Source: an uncultured Prevotella sp.
Lineage (GTDB): Bacteria > Bacteroidota > Bacteroidia > Bacteroidales > Bacteroidaceae
Assembly (NCBI GenBank): GCA_946548085.1
Contig: CAMNPN010000001.1
Coordinates: 5,901 to 69,900, forward strand
Length of the DNA: 64,000 nt
Reading direction: 5' to 3'
The position numbers and the translations under genes are program-made. The notes under the pieces were generated by a model, which saw nothing but the letters and a program-made list of their open reading frames with translations, was not told the DNA's origin and made no database searches. This document shows positions 44,925 through 54,767 of the stretch, piece by piece. Numbering within the stretch: position 1 is the stretch's first letter; every line of letters begins with the position of its first letter.

Positions 44925-46085
44925 TTAGATTTCATCGCTCATATAGCCTTGTGGAAGGCGGCGTAGGTTGTACTGCGATGCCATGATTTCCCCATAAGCC
45001 CCCGCCGATCGTATGGCGAGCAGATCGCCTCGCCTGCAGCCGTTGATATCGGTCTGTTTGGCAAACACGTCGGTAGACTCACAGATAGGTCCTACTACGT
45101 CGTATGCCTCGATAGGCTCTTCGCTGGTGATATTTTCTATCTTGTGATAGGCCTGATAGAGGGCAGGGCGGATGAGGTCTGTGAATCCGGCGTCGACGAT
45201 GGCGAACTTCTTCTGGGTGCCTTCTTTTATATATAAGGTTCGCGTGATGAGCGAGCCGCACTGTGCAACGACGGCACGACCGAGTTCAAAGTGCAGCGTC
45301 TGTCCGGGACGGAGCTTCAGCTTCCGGGCATAGGTATCGAAGTAGGCCTTGAAGTCGGGTATAGGCACACGGTTGGGGTGACCATAGTCGATACCGAGTC
45401 CGCCGCCAACGTTGATATGTTCCACGCGGATACGGTGACGGTCGAGCTGATCCTGCAACTCGTTTACCCTGTTGCAGAGGGCTTCGAAGTCGCCCATGTC
45501 GAGAATCTGTGAGCCGATGTGGAAGTGGAGACCTACGAACTTTACGTTCGGCAGCTTCTCAGCCTCGGCAATGACCGTCTCCATGTCTTTCATGGCGATG
45601 CCGAACTTGTTCTCTGCCAGTCCTGTGGTGATGTTTGCGTGAGTGTGTGCTCCGACATTCGGATTCAGACGGAATGCCACCCGGGCCACCTTTCCTTTCT
45701 GTCCGGCCAAATCGTTGATGACCTCCAATTCTGGAATGCTCTCAACGTTGAAGCAGAAGATGTCGTTATCGAGGCCGAGGTTTATCTCCCAGTCAGCCTT
45801 CCCCACACCGGCATAGACAATCTTTGCCGCAGGGAAGCCAGCCTTGACAGAAGCCTCTATCTCACCACCACTGACACAGTCGGCACCAAATCCAGCCTCG
45901 CGGATGATACGGAGGATGCGCGGGTTGGCATTTGCCTTGACAGCATAGTGAACCACGAAGCCCTCATGCTTTTGTGCCTCTGCGTTGATGCAACGGAGTG
46001 TCTGTCGTAATAGCTCCGTGTCGTAGTAGTAGAAAGGCGTCTGAATCTGTTGGAGCCTGTCTACAGGAAATTGTCCTTTAGCCAT
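44925..46085 (-). CDS. lysA: Diaminopimelate decarboxylase
   Basis: 386 aa. PLP-lysine block HYAVKANANP, then GGGLGIDY and CESTD. Adjacent to lysC. Confidence 0.9.
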   Translation of the reverse strand: MAKGQFPVDRLQQIQTPFYYYDTELLRQTLRCINAEAQKHEGFVVHYAVKANANPRILRIIREAGFGADCVSGGEIEASVKAGFPAAKIVYAGVGKADWEINLGLDNDIFCFNVESIPELEVINDLAGQKGKVARVAFRLNPNVGAHTHANITTGLAENKFGIAMKDMETVIAEAEKLPNVKFVGLHFHIGSQILDMGDFEALCNRVNELQDQLDRHRIRVEHINVGGGLGIDYGHPNRVPIPDFKAYFDTYARKLKLRPGQTLHFELGRAVVAQCGSLITRTLYIKEGTQKKFAIVDAGFTDLIRPALYQAYHKIENITSEEPIEAYDVVGPICESTDVFAKQTDINGCRRGDLLAIRSAGAYGEIMASQYNLRRLPQGYMSDEI

Positions 46086-46140
46086 AGTTGTGTTGTATCT
46101 CTTATCTTCTACTTCTTTATTATTTTCCTCTGTTTACGAC

Positions 46141-47463
46141 TTACTTCTTATAGAAGATTGTGTTGCTGAGATTCTGCAATGCACGCTTCTTATCCTCCTC
46201 GCGTATGAGGAAGGAGATGTTGTAGTTGGAGCCTCCGTAACTGACCATGCGTACAGGGATATCCTTGAGTGCGTCGAGCGCGAGGGTCTCGAAGCCGATG
46301 TTCGACCAGTCGAGATCGCCTACAACACATACGATACACATGTTCGTGTCTACTGTCACCGTACCGTATTTCTTCAGCTCGTCGACGATTTCTCCCAGGT
46401 GGGCAGAGTTGTCGATACTCATCGACACGCCGACCTCCGAAGTGCAAATCATGTCGATACTCGTCTGATAGCTCTCGAATATCTCGAACACCTTGCGCAG
46501 GAATCCGGTAGCGAGGAGCATGCGGCTCGACTTGATCTTGATGGCCGTGATGTTGTCTTTGGCGGCGATGGCCTTGATCTTGCCATACTCAGTCTTGTTG
46601 GAGATGGTTGTGCCTTCAGCGTCGGGATCCATCGTGTTGAGCAGACGTACGGGGATGCCTGCATACTTGGCGGGCTGGATGCAGGTGGGGTGGAGGATCT
46701 TTGCACCGAAGTATGCCAGCTCGGCAGCTTCTTCGAAGTGTAGCTGGTGTACGGGATCGGTCTTCTCCACCACGCGGGGATCGTTGTTGTGCATACCGTC
46801 AATGTCTGTCCATATCTGTATCTCCTCGGCATTAATGGCCTCTCCGATGAGTGAGGCTGTGTAGTCTGATCCGCCGCGCTGCAGGTTGTCGATCTCTCCG
46901 TAGGCATTACGGCAGATGAATCCCTGCGTGAGGTACACCTGTGCTCCTTCATTGTCAGCGAGGATAGGCTTCAGCTTCTCGCGGATATACATGGGGTCGG
47001 GCTCTGCGTTCTTGTCGGTACGCATGAAGTCGAGGGCGTTGAGCAACACGGCATTGATGCCCTGTTCCTTCATGTAGTTCACCATCATGTTGGTAGAGAT
47101 GATCTCTCCCTGAGCCACGATGCTCTTCTCCTCGAAGCTGGTGAACAGCTCCTTGGTGAATGAGCGAAGGAAGTCGAACTCGCTGCGCAGGAACTCACGG
47201 GTGGCGGCTTTCGTCTCCTCTGCGCTATAGAGCTCCTCTACGTGCTGGGCGTACTTCTGCTCCAGACGGTTTATCACCTCGTTGGCGCCATCGGGGTTTT
47301 TCTTGTACAGATAGTCAGAGATCTCCACCAGCGAGTTGGTGGTACCCGACATAGCTGAGAGGACGACGAACACAGGCTCGCCAGACTTCGTGACCAGCTT
47401 GGCCACTTCTTTCATTCTCTTTGGGGTGCCGACGGAAGTACCGCCGAATTTCATCACTTTCAT
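46141..47463 (-). CDS. lysC: Aspartate kinase
   Basis: 440 aa. MKFGGTSVG N-terminus, kinase core and C-terminal ACT repeats. Confidence 0.9.
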   Translation of the reverse strand: MKVMKFGGTSVGTPKRMKEVAKLVTKSGEPVFVVLSAMSGTTNSLVEISDYLYKKNPDGANEVINRLEQKYAQHVEELYSAEETKAATREFLRSEFDFLRSFTKELFTSFEEKSIVAQGEIISTNMMVNYMKEQGINAVLLNALDFMRTDKNAEPDPMYIREKLKPILADNEGAQVYLTQGFICRNAYGEIDNLQRGGSDYTASLIGEAINAEEIQIWTDIDGMHNNDPRVVEKTDPVHQLHFEEAAELAYFGAKILHPTCIQPAKYAGIPVRLLNTMDPDAEGTTISNKTEYGKIKAIAAKDNITAIKIKSSRMLLATGFLRKVFEIFESYQTSIDMICTSEVGVSMSIDNSAHLGEIVDELKKYGTVTVDTNMCIVCVVGDLDWSNIGFETLALDALKDIPVRMVSYGGSNYNISFLIREEDKKRALQNLSNTIFYKK

Positions 47464-47501
47464 AAGTCTATATGTTTTTATTATCTACTTTTTTTCCTTT
47501 C

Positions 47502-48257
47502 CTATATCTCCATCCTCTCCGAGTAGCGTACGGTGATCTCGTCTGTATCAGGCGTGTCGTCGACGATTACCAGCTGGTGGAAGTCGGAGGTGATCTCTTC
47601 CATCCGTTCGTCCTGACACCGGTAGATGATGCTTGGATTCTCCTTGATCATCGGCAGGTTGTGGGTCGACATCACCACAGCCGTTCCCTGAGCGGAGATA
47701 GAGAAGAGCAGCTTGATGATCGTGTCTGACGTCTCTGGGTCGAGGTTCCCTGTGGGCTCGTCGGCCAGGATGAGCTTCGGATGGTTGAGGATAGCCCTTG
47801 CGATAGCCACGCGCTGCTGCTCGCCGCCGGAGAGTTCAAAGGGCATGCGATCACCCTTGTCGGCCATGTCGACAGCTTCCAGCACCTCGGTGATACGTTC
47901 GCTGATGCCGTCGTTCTTCTTCCAGCCGGTTGCCTTCAGCACAAACTCCAGATTCTTGTATACCGTGCGGTCTGCAAGCAGTTGGAAGTCCTGGAACACG
48001 ACGCCCATCTCCCTCCTCAGGGCAGGTATCTCTTTCTGGCGGATGGTCAGCAGGTCGCGCCCGAGCACCATCGCCTCGTCGGCCTCGTCCATCTCCAGCT
48101 CGCAGTAAAGTGTTCGCATCAGGGTGGTCTTACCAGAGCCAACTCTACCGATGAGGTAGATGAACTGTCCCTCGTCAACCTTGAAGTTCACGTTCTTCAA
48201 CACACAGATACCGTGTCGCTGATAAATGTTTGCGTTCTTGTAACTAATCAGGGCCAT
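47502..48257 (-). CDS. ftsE: FtsE-like ABC transporter ATP-binding protein
   Basis: Walker [10 protein letters not shown], signature [14 protein letters not shown], Walker [13 protein letters not shown]. No ftsX is adjacent. Confidence 0.7.
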   Translation of the reverse strand: MALISYKNANIYQRHGICVLKNVNFKVDEGQFIYLIGRVGSGKTTLMRTLYCELEMDEADEAMVLGRDLLTIRQKEIPALRREMGVVFQDFQLLADRTVYKNLEFVLKATGWKKNDGISERITEVLEAVDMADKGDRMPFELSGGEQQRVAIARAILNHPKLILADEPTGNLDPETSDTIIKLLFSISAQGTAVVMSTHNLPMIKENPSIIYRCQDERMEEITSDFHQLVIVDDTPDTDEITVRYSERMEI

Positions 48258-48287
48258 ATCCTTCTTATGTTTATGGTTTACAGGTGA

Positions 48288-48971
48288 TTACTTCATTGTT
48301 CCGGCGGCTTTTGCCTCGCGGCGTTTCTTGTCCCATTCAGGATCATGCCGGCGATGCAACTCTTCGGCGAGTTGCTCGATGCGCATGCCCTTGGCAGAAA
48401 GCAGCACCACAAGGTGATAGAGCATGTCGGAGGCCTCGTAGGTCAGCTGCTCGTTGGTGCCTGTGCAGCTCTCGATGACCGTCTCCAGCGCCTCTTCGCC
48501 AACCTTTTGTGCAATGCGCTTCACACCGTCCTTGAAGAGTTTGGTGGTATAGCTGCCCTCGGGCATTTCCTCATGACGGCGGTCGATGAAGTCCTGCAGT
48601 TCCTTTAGGAACATCAGCGGCGAAGTCTCCTCGTCGGGAGCCTGCTGTCCGTTGACGATCGGGCGGTTCTCCTCGCCCCAGCAGGTGTCGGTACCCGTGT
48701 GGCAAGTAGGTCCGTCAGGATGCACCTTCACGAGCAGGGTGTCGTTGTCACAGTCTACCTTGATATCCACCAGGTGGAGGAAGTGGCCAGAGGTCTCTCC
48801 CTTCGTCCACAGACATTTACGCGTGCGGCTCCAGAAAGTCACCTTCTTCGTGTCGAGAGTTTTCTGTAGTGCCGTCTCGTTCATGTATCCGAGCATGAGC
48901 ACGCTTCTCGTCTCTGCGTCTTGTATGATGGCCGGCACCAACCCGCCGCATTTCTCAAAATCTATTTTCAT
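48288..48971 (-). CDS. hisIE: Bifunctional phosphoribosyl-AMP cyclohydrolase / phosphoribosyl-ATP pyrophosphatase
   Basis: 227 aa. HisI block WSRTRKCLWTKGETSGHF...DCDNDTLL and a HisE-type helical C-terminus. Confidence 0.9.
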   Translation of the reverse strand: MKIDFEKCGGLVPAIIQDAETRSVLMLGYMNETALQKTLDTKKVTFWSRTRKCLWTKGETSGHFLHLVDIKVDCDNDTLLVKVHPDGPTCHTGTDTCWGEENRPIVNGQQAPDEETSPLMFLKELQDFIDRRHEEMPEGSYTTKLFKDGVKRIAQKVGEEALETVIESCTGTNEQLTYEASDMLYHLVVLLSAKGMRIEQLAEELHRRHDPEWDKKRREAKAAGTMK

Positions 48972-48999
48972 CTTCTATAATTGTGATAGTGTCGCTTTA

Positions 49000-49758
49000 T
49001 TACAGTCTTACGTTTATCCCTTCCTGGCGCAGATACTGCTTGAGTTCGGGGATGGGGATCTCGCCGAAGTGGAACACGCTGGCAGCGAGGGCTGCATCGG
49101 CATGACCTTCGGTGAAGGCGTCGCGAAAGTGCTCCTTCCTGCCTGCTCCGCCGCTGGCGATGATGGGTATGGAGAGCGTGTCGGCCAGATGACGCAATGC
49201 CTCGTTGGCGTAGCCCTCCTTCACGCCGTCGTGGTTCATCGACGTGAATAGTATCTCTCCCGCACCGCGCTCCTGAGCCTCATGGGCCCACTCGAAGAGT
49301 CCCCGTTCTGTGCGCTCCCGGCCTCCCTTCAGATAACAGTGCCAGCCGTCGTCGTCGAGCCGGGCATCGATGGCGCAGACGCATACCTGTGATCCGAATC
49401 GGGTGGTGATCTCGTCGATGAGCTGCGGGTTGCGGATAGCGGCACTGTTCACACTCACCTTGTCGGCACCGGCATAGAGCAGCCGTTCTACGTCGGCCAG
49501 CTCGTTGACACCGCCGCCTACCGTGAAGGGGATGTTGATCTCACGGGCCACACGGGTTACCATCTCGGTAAAGGTCTTTCGTCCCTCGAACGAGGCCGTG
49601 ATGTCGAGGAAGCACAACTCGTCAGCTCCCTGCTCGGAGTAGGCCTTTCCCAGTTCCACGGGGTCGCCGGCCGAGCGCAGGTTCACGAAGTTTGTCCCTT
49701 TCACGGTCTCACCGTCCTTTACATCCAGGCAGGGGATTATTCTTTTTGCTAAACTCAT
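49000..49758 (-). CDS. hisF: Imidazole glycerol phosphate synthase cyclase subunit
   Basis: 252 aa. [11 protein letters not shown] start and a (beta/alpha)8 pattern with two phosphate-binding GG motifs. Confidence 0.95.
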   Translation of the reverse strand: MSLAKRIIPCLDVKDGETVKGTNFVNLRSAGDPVELGKAYSEQGADELCFLDITASFEGRKTFTEMVTRVAREINIPFTVGGGVNELADVERLLYAGADKVSVNSAAIRNPQLIDEITTRFGSQVCVCAIDARLDDDGWHCYLKGGRERTERGLFEWAHEAQERGAGEILFTSMNHDGVKEGYANEALRHLADTLSIPIIASGGAGRKEHFRDAFTEGHADAALAASVFHFGEIPIPELKQYLRQEGINVRL

Positions 49759-50489
49759 ATCTCCTCAATTTCTTTATTCAGCAACCTCTTCAAGTCAATT
49801 CTTCCCTCGTAGATGGCCTTTCCGAACACGACGGCGGGGATGCCGGCAGCGTCGAGGGCCTCGATATCCGCATTCGACGACACGCCTCCGCTGGCGATGA
49901 GATGCAGCTCGGGGTAGGTGTCCATCACCTGCTTGTAGAGGTCGATGGCCGGTCCGGCGAGGGTGCCGTCTTTAGAGATTTCTGTACAGAGCACGTTCTT
50001 CACTCCCGCATCCACATATTTCTTCAGGAAGGGAAGGAGTCCTTCGCTGGAATCTTCTTTCCAGCCATTGATGCTGATCATTCCCTGTCGCACGTCGGCA
50101 CCCAGTATCATGCGGTCGGCACCGTATTTGTCCAGCCAGCCCATGAACAGCTCGGGCTGTGTAACCGCCACCGAGCCTACAGTCACCATCGCTGCTCCGG
50201 CGGCAAAGGCGGTCTCGATATCCTCGTTGGTCTTGATGCCGCCGCCGAAGTCTACTGTCAGTGCCGTCTCTGCCGTAATGCTGCTGAGCACACCGCTGTT
50301 GACGATATGCTTCGACTTCGCACCGTCGAGATCCACCACATGGAGGCGCCTGAAGCCGATGGCCTCAAACTCGCGTGCCACCTCTGCGGGCGCATCGCGG
50401 TAGACTGTCTTCTGGTCGTAATCACCCTTGGTCAGTCTCACGCACTGTCCGTCGATGATGTCTATGGCAGGTATCAGTTCTATCTTCAT
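49755..50489 (-). CDS. hisA: ProFAR isomerase
   Basis: 244 aa. [15 protein letters not shown] start. 4-nt overlap with hisF. Confidence 0.92.
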   Translation of the reverse strand: MKIELIPAIDIIDGQCVRLTKGDYDQKTVYRDAPAEVAREFEAIGFRRLHVVDLDGAKSKHIVNSGVLSSITAETALTVDFGGGIKTNEDIETAFAAGAAMVTVGSVAVTQPELFMGWLDKYGADRMILGADVRQGMISINGWKEDSSEGLLPFLKKYVDAGVKNVLCTEISKDGTLAGPAIDLYKQVMDTYPELHLIASGGVSSNADIEALDAAGIPAVVFGKAIYEGRIDLKRLLNKEIEEI

Positions 50490-50504
50490 TTCAATCTTCT
50501 ATTT

Positions 50505-51164
50505 TCAACCTTCAATCTCCAAGAAGTTCTTGAGGATGCGCTCGCCAACCTTCCCGCTCTTTTCCGGATGGAACTGGCAGGCATAGAAATTGTCACGATG
50601 CATCGAGGCGGAGTAGGGAAGTATGTAGTCGGCTGTGGCGATAGTCTCCTGGCACACAGGCACATAGTAGCTATGCACGAAGTAAACGTATGGCTTGTCG
50701 CCCAAGCCCTCCATCAGTGCATTTGGCTGGTAGTCGTCTACAGCTCTCTCCATTCCCGAGCTCAGTTCACCAGCCCGTAGCCATTCACCGTTCACCTCTA
50801 ACTGATTCCACCCCATGCAAGGCACCTTGTCCTCGTGGCGCACAGGCTGGAAGCGCTTCACCTCTGCATCAAACACGCCGATGCAGTCTACGTCACCCTC
50901 CTCAGAGTGGCGGCACAGCAGTTGCTGCCCCACGCAGATGCCGAGCACGGGCTGTCTCAGGTCGCGTATCACCTCGTCGAGCCTACGTGCCCTGAGGTAG
51001 TCCATCGCCTTGGCTGCATGTCCCTGTCCTGGAAACAGCACGCGGTCTGCTCTCTTTAGCGCCTCGGCATCGTCAGTCAGCTCCGGCTCTATGCCCATCC
51101 TTCTCAGTGCGTTTACCACCGAGTAGATGTTTCCGGCATTATATTTTACGATAGCTACGTTCAT
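50505..51164 (-). CDS. hisH: Imidazole glycerol phosphate synthase glutaminase subunit
   Basis: 219 aa. Class I glutamine amidotransferase with GICVGQQ (catalytic Cys) and QFHPEKS. Confidence 0.9.
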   Translation of the reverse strand: MNVAIVKYNAGNIYSVVNALRRMGIEPELTDDAEALKRADRVLFPGQGHAAKAMDYLRARRLDEVIRDLRQPVLGICVGQQLLCRHSEEGDVDCIGVFDAEVKRFQPVRHEDKVPCMGWNQLEVNGEWLRAGELSSGMERAVDDYQPNALMEGLGDKPYVYFVHSYYVPVCQETIATADYILPYSASMHRDNFYACQFHPEKSGKVGERILKNFLEIEG

Positions 51165-51179
51165 CTTTCAATATTCTAT

Positions 51180-52043
51180 CTAACTAAAGATGATCGTTTT
51201 GTTCTTATAAGTCAGAATCTTGCGCTGGATGTGCTTCGACACAGCGTGTGACAGCACGATCTTCTCCAGGTCCTTGCCTTTGAGTACCAGACTGTCGGGG
51301 GTGTCCTTATGGGTGATGCGCGTCACGTCTTGTTCGATGATGGGTCCTGCGTCGAGCTCTGCTGTCACGTAGTGACTGGTGGCTCCGATGATCTTCACGC
51401 CGCGCTCGTAAGCCTGGTGGTAGGGCTTGGCCCCGATGAAGGCGGGCAGGAACGAGTGGTGGATATTGATGATGTGGTGGGGGTATTCGGCGATCATCTC
51501 GTCGCTGATGATCTGCATATAGCGTGCGAGCACGATAAACGAGATGTCCTCCTTCTTGAGCAGGTCCATCTCCGCCTTCTCCACCTCGGCCTTGTTAGAG
51601 TGGTCTTTCTTGATGCTCCACACGTAGTATGGTATGCCGAACTGGTCGGCCACATAGCGCAGGTCCTCGTGGTTGCTGATGATGCAGGGAATGTCGCAGT
51701 TGAATTCGCCTGCCTTCCAGCGTGCCAGCAGGTCGTAGAGGCAGTGGCTCATCTTCGACACGAAGATTGCCATCCTCGGGCGCTTGTCGCTGTAGTAGAG
51801 CGAGAACTTCATCTTGTAGCGCTGGGCGTAGAGTGTCGTGATATAGTCGTAGAGCTTGTCACGCGGGATGAGGAACCCCTCCAGCTCCCATTCGATACGC
51901 ATGAAGAACATGCCGTCAACCTTGTCCACATACTGGTCGAGGTACACGATGTTGCCTTTGTTATCCGTTATAAATTTGGTCACTTCCGAAATGATTCCCT
52001 GCTGGTCAGGGCAGTGCAGAAGCAGAATTGCCGTTGTATCCAT
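51180..52043 (-). CDS. purU: Formyltetrahydrofolate deformylase
   Basis: 287 aa. N-terminal ACT domain and a formyltransferase core with IINIHHSFLPAF. TACCTTTG box at 52066-52073 (minus strand). Confidence 0.9.
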   Translation of the reverse strand: MDTTAILLLHCPDQQGIISEVTKFITDNKGNIVYLDQYVDKVDGMFFMRIEWELEGFLIPRDKLYDYITTLYAQRYKMKFSLYYSDKRPRMAIFVSKMSHCLYDLLARWKAGEFNCDIPCIISNHEDLRYVADQFGIPYYVWSIKKDHSNKAEVEKAEMDLLKKEDISFIVLARYMQIISDEMIAEYPHHIINIHHSFLPAFIGAKPYHQAYERGVKIIGATSHYVTAELDAGPIIEQDVTRITHKDTPDSLVLKGKDLEKIVLSHAVSKHIQRKILTYKNKTIIFS

Positions 52044-52200
52044 TGTCTGTAATTACTATTTCAAGGTGCAAAGGTACGAATAAGTGAGCAGAATACCAAA
52101 TAAAATTTGGATTTTCTCGAACGGGAGTGTTTTCGGCGCAGCCAGAGGTGCGGATAAACGAACATCTTGTGTCTTACCCCTTGAAATTTCTGGCGCTATC

Positions 52201-52266
52201 GTTTGCCTATAGGCGATCGATCGTTTGAGTATAGGCAAACGATTGTTTGAGTATAGGCGAATGATA
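52201..52266. repeat. Three tandem 22-bp direct repeats
   Basis: gtttgcctataggcgatcgatc / gtttgagtataggcaaacgatt / gtttgagtataggcgaatgata. Located in the purU-upstream spacer, downstream of the FHA gene. Confidence 0.8.
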
Positions 52267-52307
52267 GTTAAGATAGGGTAAACTCCCTGTGAGGATGGAC
52301 TTTACCC

Positions 52308-52886
52308 CTATACGCTATGTTCGGAATCTTCGCTGTCGTCTGTGCGGAGGATGATGCTGGTGGCCCCGATGGTGAAGAGTGTGCCGCCACAGATGACACG
52401 GCGCTCGCGGGGAGTGAGCTCCACGTTGTCGACAAAGGTGCCGGTGTTGCTGTTGTTGTCCTTCAGGGTGTAGCGCAGCTGGCCTTTCTTGTCGCGTGAG
52501 ACGGTGATGGTGCAGTGGTTCAGGTCGACGCTGGGGTCGACAGTCTCGAAGGGGGTGTTGATGGCGTTGCCCTTCTGGTGGCGGCCGATGACGTTGTCGC
52601 CCATGCGGAGGGGGATGACCTGCTTGTAATGAAACATGTTCTCGATGACGACGATAGCTCCGCAGCTGTTGCCGTCGCCGTCCTGATCGGAGGTCGACTG
52701 TGCTGACGACAGCCTGTCGTCGGGGTTCTCGTCTTTCTGGCGATTATGGAGTTTGCTTACGCCCATGCGTATGGCGAACTGCTTGCCGCAGTCGGGGCAC
52801 TGGAACACGAGCGACTGGCCGTCGGCATAACGGGTCTCGTCGAAGGTGATGTAGTTCTCACATTTGGGACAGCGAACGCGCTTCAT
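52308..52886 (-). CDS. FHA-domain protein with N-terminal zinc ribbon
   Basis: 192 aa. CPKCENY...CPDCGKQF ribbon, a low-complexity linker, and an FHA core (NVIGRH...LKDNNSNTGTFVDN). Confidence 0.8.
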   Translation of the reverse strand: MKRVRCPKCENYITFDETRYADGQSLVFQCPDCGKQFAIRMGVSKLHNRQKDENPDDRLSSAQSTSDQDGDGNSCGAIVVIENMFHYKQVIPLRMGDNVIGRHQKGNAINTPFETVDPSVDLNHCTITVSRDKKGQLRYTLKDNNSNTGTFVDNVELTPRERRVICGGTLFTIGATSIILRTDDSEDSEHSV

Positions 52887-52940
52887 TACTTTATTATAAT
52901 TGCAGTTTGCGGTTTACAGATGATTACTTTGGGAGGGCGG

Positions 52941-54110
52941 TCAGAGGGGCATGACCCAGGCCTCGGCTGTTTCGCTATTGCGATGGAAACGGCGGAGGTC
53001 GTCGTGGGCGGCTTCCTCGGAAGGATAACGGCCGTAGATGACACGGGTGATGTTCTTGCGCACGAAGATTTCTGCCTGGCCGAGCCCTTGCTTCTGAAGG
53101 CGCTCGATAAAGGCATCGGCATTGCGCTTGGATACCTGGGTGGCCAGTACGATGCAGAAGGTCTTTTGTGGAGCGGGGATTGTGGATTGCGGATTGGGAT
53201 TGGTTGTTGACGCAGAATCTGCCAAAGATTTTGCGGCATCGTCTGCTTTTTGAGTGCTCTCATTCTTTGCTCCTCGCTCCTCACTCCTTGAAATAATCTC
53301 CTCACTCTTCGAAATACTATGTCCGTTCCTCGAAATATGTATCTTGCTCATGTTCGTGTCTTCGCTCATCATGCCGAAGAGCAGACCGTTGTTGATGTTG
53401 CTGATGGTGCGCGTCATCATATCCGTCTTGCCCGTGGGCAGGGCGAGGATGAAGACAGCCAGCAGGATGGCGGCCACTGCAACGGCGTTGCGCACCCATG
53501 TATATTTGATGTGGATGACGTCGGCCTCGGCCTCTTCTTCCTCGTAGGCCTCTTCGTAGGTCTCTTCAAGAGGCTGTTCTGCTTCTGCGACGGTCTGCGC
53601 CGGCTCGGCCTTCGCGCTGTCGATGGCCACGCTGCGGGTATCGGCGCTCGTGTTGCCTGTCTCGCTGTCGGCCTGCGGCTGCCGACTGGCAGCCAGTCTC
53701 TTCATCTCTACCGAACTAAGGCCGTAGAGGGTGGGGGTGAGGATGCCCGACTCGCAGGGCGAGAAGACGTAATGGCCATCGTCGTTGAGCGACAGCGTGC
53801 CGATGTCGTTCAGCTCATACGTCCCTTCGTTCTGTAGGTGCTGCTTGAGCTCCTCCACCTCGTCCTCGATACGCTGGAGGGCTTCGGGATAGCTGATGTC
53901 GTAGGCTTCGATGTACGACTGCACGAGCAGCGAGTCGTTGATGAGTAGCTGGGGATTGAACCCGAGGGTGCGCAAGGGTGGCAGGAAGAGCTGGTCGCGG
54001 TCGTCATAGCGCGCCTCGATGGCATGCGCCATGAAGCCTCCCAGACGGGGTACGATGACGCAGTCGTTGCTCAATAAGAGTATCTCTATATGTCTGTCAA
54101 GTTCAATCAC
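52941..54110 (-). CDS. HU-like/SPOR-domain cell-wall-binding protein
   Basis: The N-terminal VIELDRHIEILLLSNDCVIVPRLGGFMAH matches the conserved MIEL... start of Bacteroidales HU-domain/SPOR proteins, so I call the GTG at 54110 as the start. It has a TM segment and a C-terminal SPOR-like domain. The longer track ORF runs across the rfbC promoter. Confidence 0.65.
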   Translation of the reverse strand: MIELDRHIEILLLSNDCVIVPRLGGFMAHAIEARYDDRDQLFLPPLRTLGFNPQLLINDSLLVQSYIEAYDISYPEALQRIEDEVEELKQHLQNEGTYELNDIGTLSLNDDGHYVFSPCESGILTPTLYGLSSVEMKRLAASRQPQADSETGNTSADTRSVAIDSAKAEPAQTVAEAEQPLEETYEEAYEEEEAEADVIHIKYTWVRNAVAVAAILLAVFILALPTGKTDMMTRTISNINNGLLFGMMSEDTNMSKIHISRNGHSISKSEEIISRSEERGAKNESTQKADDAAKSLADSASTTNPNPQSTIPAPQKTFCIVLATQVSKRNADAFIERLQKQGLGQAEIFVRKNITRVIYGRYPSEEAAHDDLRRFHRNSETAEAWVMPL

Positions 54111-54188
54111 GAGTGCAAAATTACGGCATTTTTTTGATATAAACAAATAAAAGAAACTTAAAATGTCGAGGAAATGGATTTTTTGATG

Positions 54189-54196
54189 TAACTTTG
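54189..54196 (+). promoter_or_regulatory. -7 promoter box TAACTTTG of rfbC
   Basis: Exact TAnnTTTG match 17 nt upstream of the ATG at 54214. Confidence 0.55.
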
Positions 54197-54213
54197 CAGC
54201 AAATTTCGAAAAT

Positions 54214-54762
54214 ATGGAATATAAGGAGACAGAAATCAAAGGTGTTTTCATCATAGAGCCCAAGGTGTTTAAGGATGCTCGCGGCTATTTCATGGAGGCC
54301 TGGAAGCAGGCCGAGTTTGATGAGCACGTCGGACGGACGGTGTTCATCCAAGACAACGAGTCGAAGTCGTCGTATGGCGTGCTGCGCGGCCTTCACTATC
54401 AGAAGGGCGACGCCTCGCAGGCGAAGCTCGTGCGCGTGATTAAAGGCAAGGTGCTCGATGTGGCGGTGGATATCCGGCGGTCGAGTCCTACGTTCGGCCG
54501 TCACGTGATGGTGGAGCTGAGCGAGGACAACAAGCGGCAGTTCTTCATCCCGCGCGGCTTTGCCCACGGATTTCTGGTGCTGAGCGACGAGGCCATCTTC
54601 ACGTATAAGGTCGACAACCCCTATGCGCCCCAGTCGGACGCCGGCATCCGCTGGAACGACCCTGCCCTGGGTATTGAGTGGCCCATAGACCCCGCAGTGG
54701 TGCTGACCAGTGAGAAGGACTTGAAGCAGCCCTTGCTGAAAGACGCAGAAGTGTTTGAGTAG
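54214..54762 (+). CDS. rfbC: dTDP-4-dehydrorhamnose 3,5-epimerase
   Basis: 182 aa. RmlC cupin blocks RGLHYQ, KLVRVIKGKVLDVAVDIR and FIPRGFAHGF. Confidence 0.93.
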   Translation: MEYKETEIKGVFIIEPKVFKDARGYFMEAWKQAEFDEHVGRTVFIQDNESKSSYGVLRGLHYQKGDASQAKLVRVIKGKVLDVAVDIRRSSPTFGRHVMVELSEDNKRQFFIPRGFAHGFLVLSDEAIFTYKVDNPYAPQSDAGIRWNDPALGIEWPIDPAVVLTSEKDLKQPLLKDAEVFE

Positions 54763-54767
54763 TAATT

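Noticed and set aside
46090-46952. Several ORFs (46090-46743 plus strand, 46449-46952 minus strand in an alternative frame) within lysC
   Set aside because: They overlap the aspartate kinase CDS. They are alternative-frame or antisense products with biased composition.
47464-47501. Looked for a lysine riboswitch upstream of lysC
   Set aside because: Only 38 nt separate the lysC start from the ftsE stop. That is too short for an L-box, and no conserved riboswitch helices are visible.
49692-50780. 362-aa plus-strand ORF spanning hisF, hisA and hisH
   Set aside because: It is antisense to three canonical histidine-biosynthesis genes at once. This is a typical high-GC shadow ORF.
51309-52052. 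247-aa plus-strand ORF antisense to purU
   Set aside because: The minus-strand frame has the ACT and formyltransferase motifs. The antisense frame has none.
54111-54263. Upstream extension of the SPOR/HU-like ORF, and the 54121-54567 minus-strand ORF
   Set aside because: They would read through the rfbC promoter and start. Homologous proteins begin at the MIEL... position, which corresponds to the GTG at 54110.
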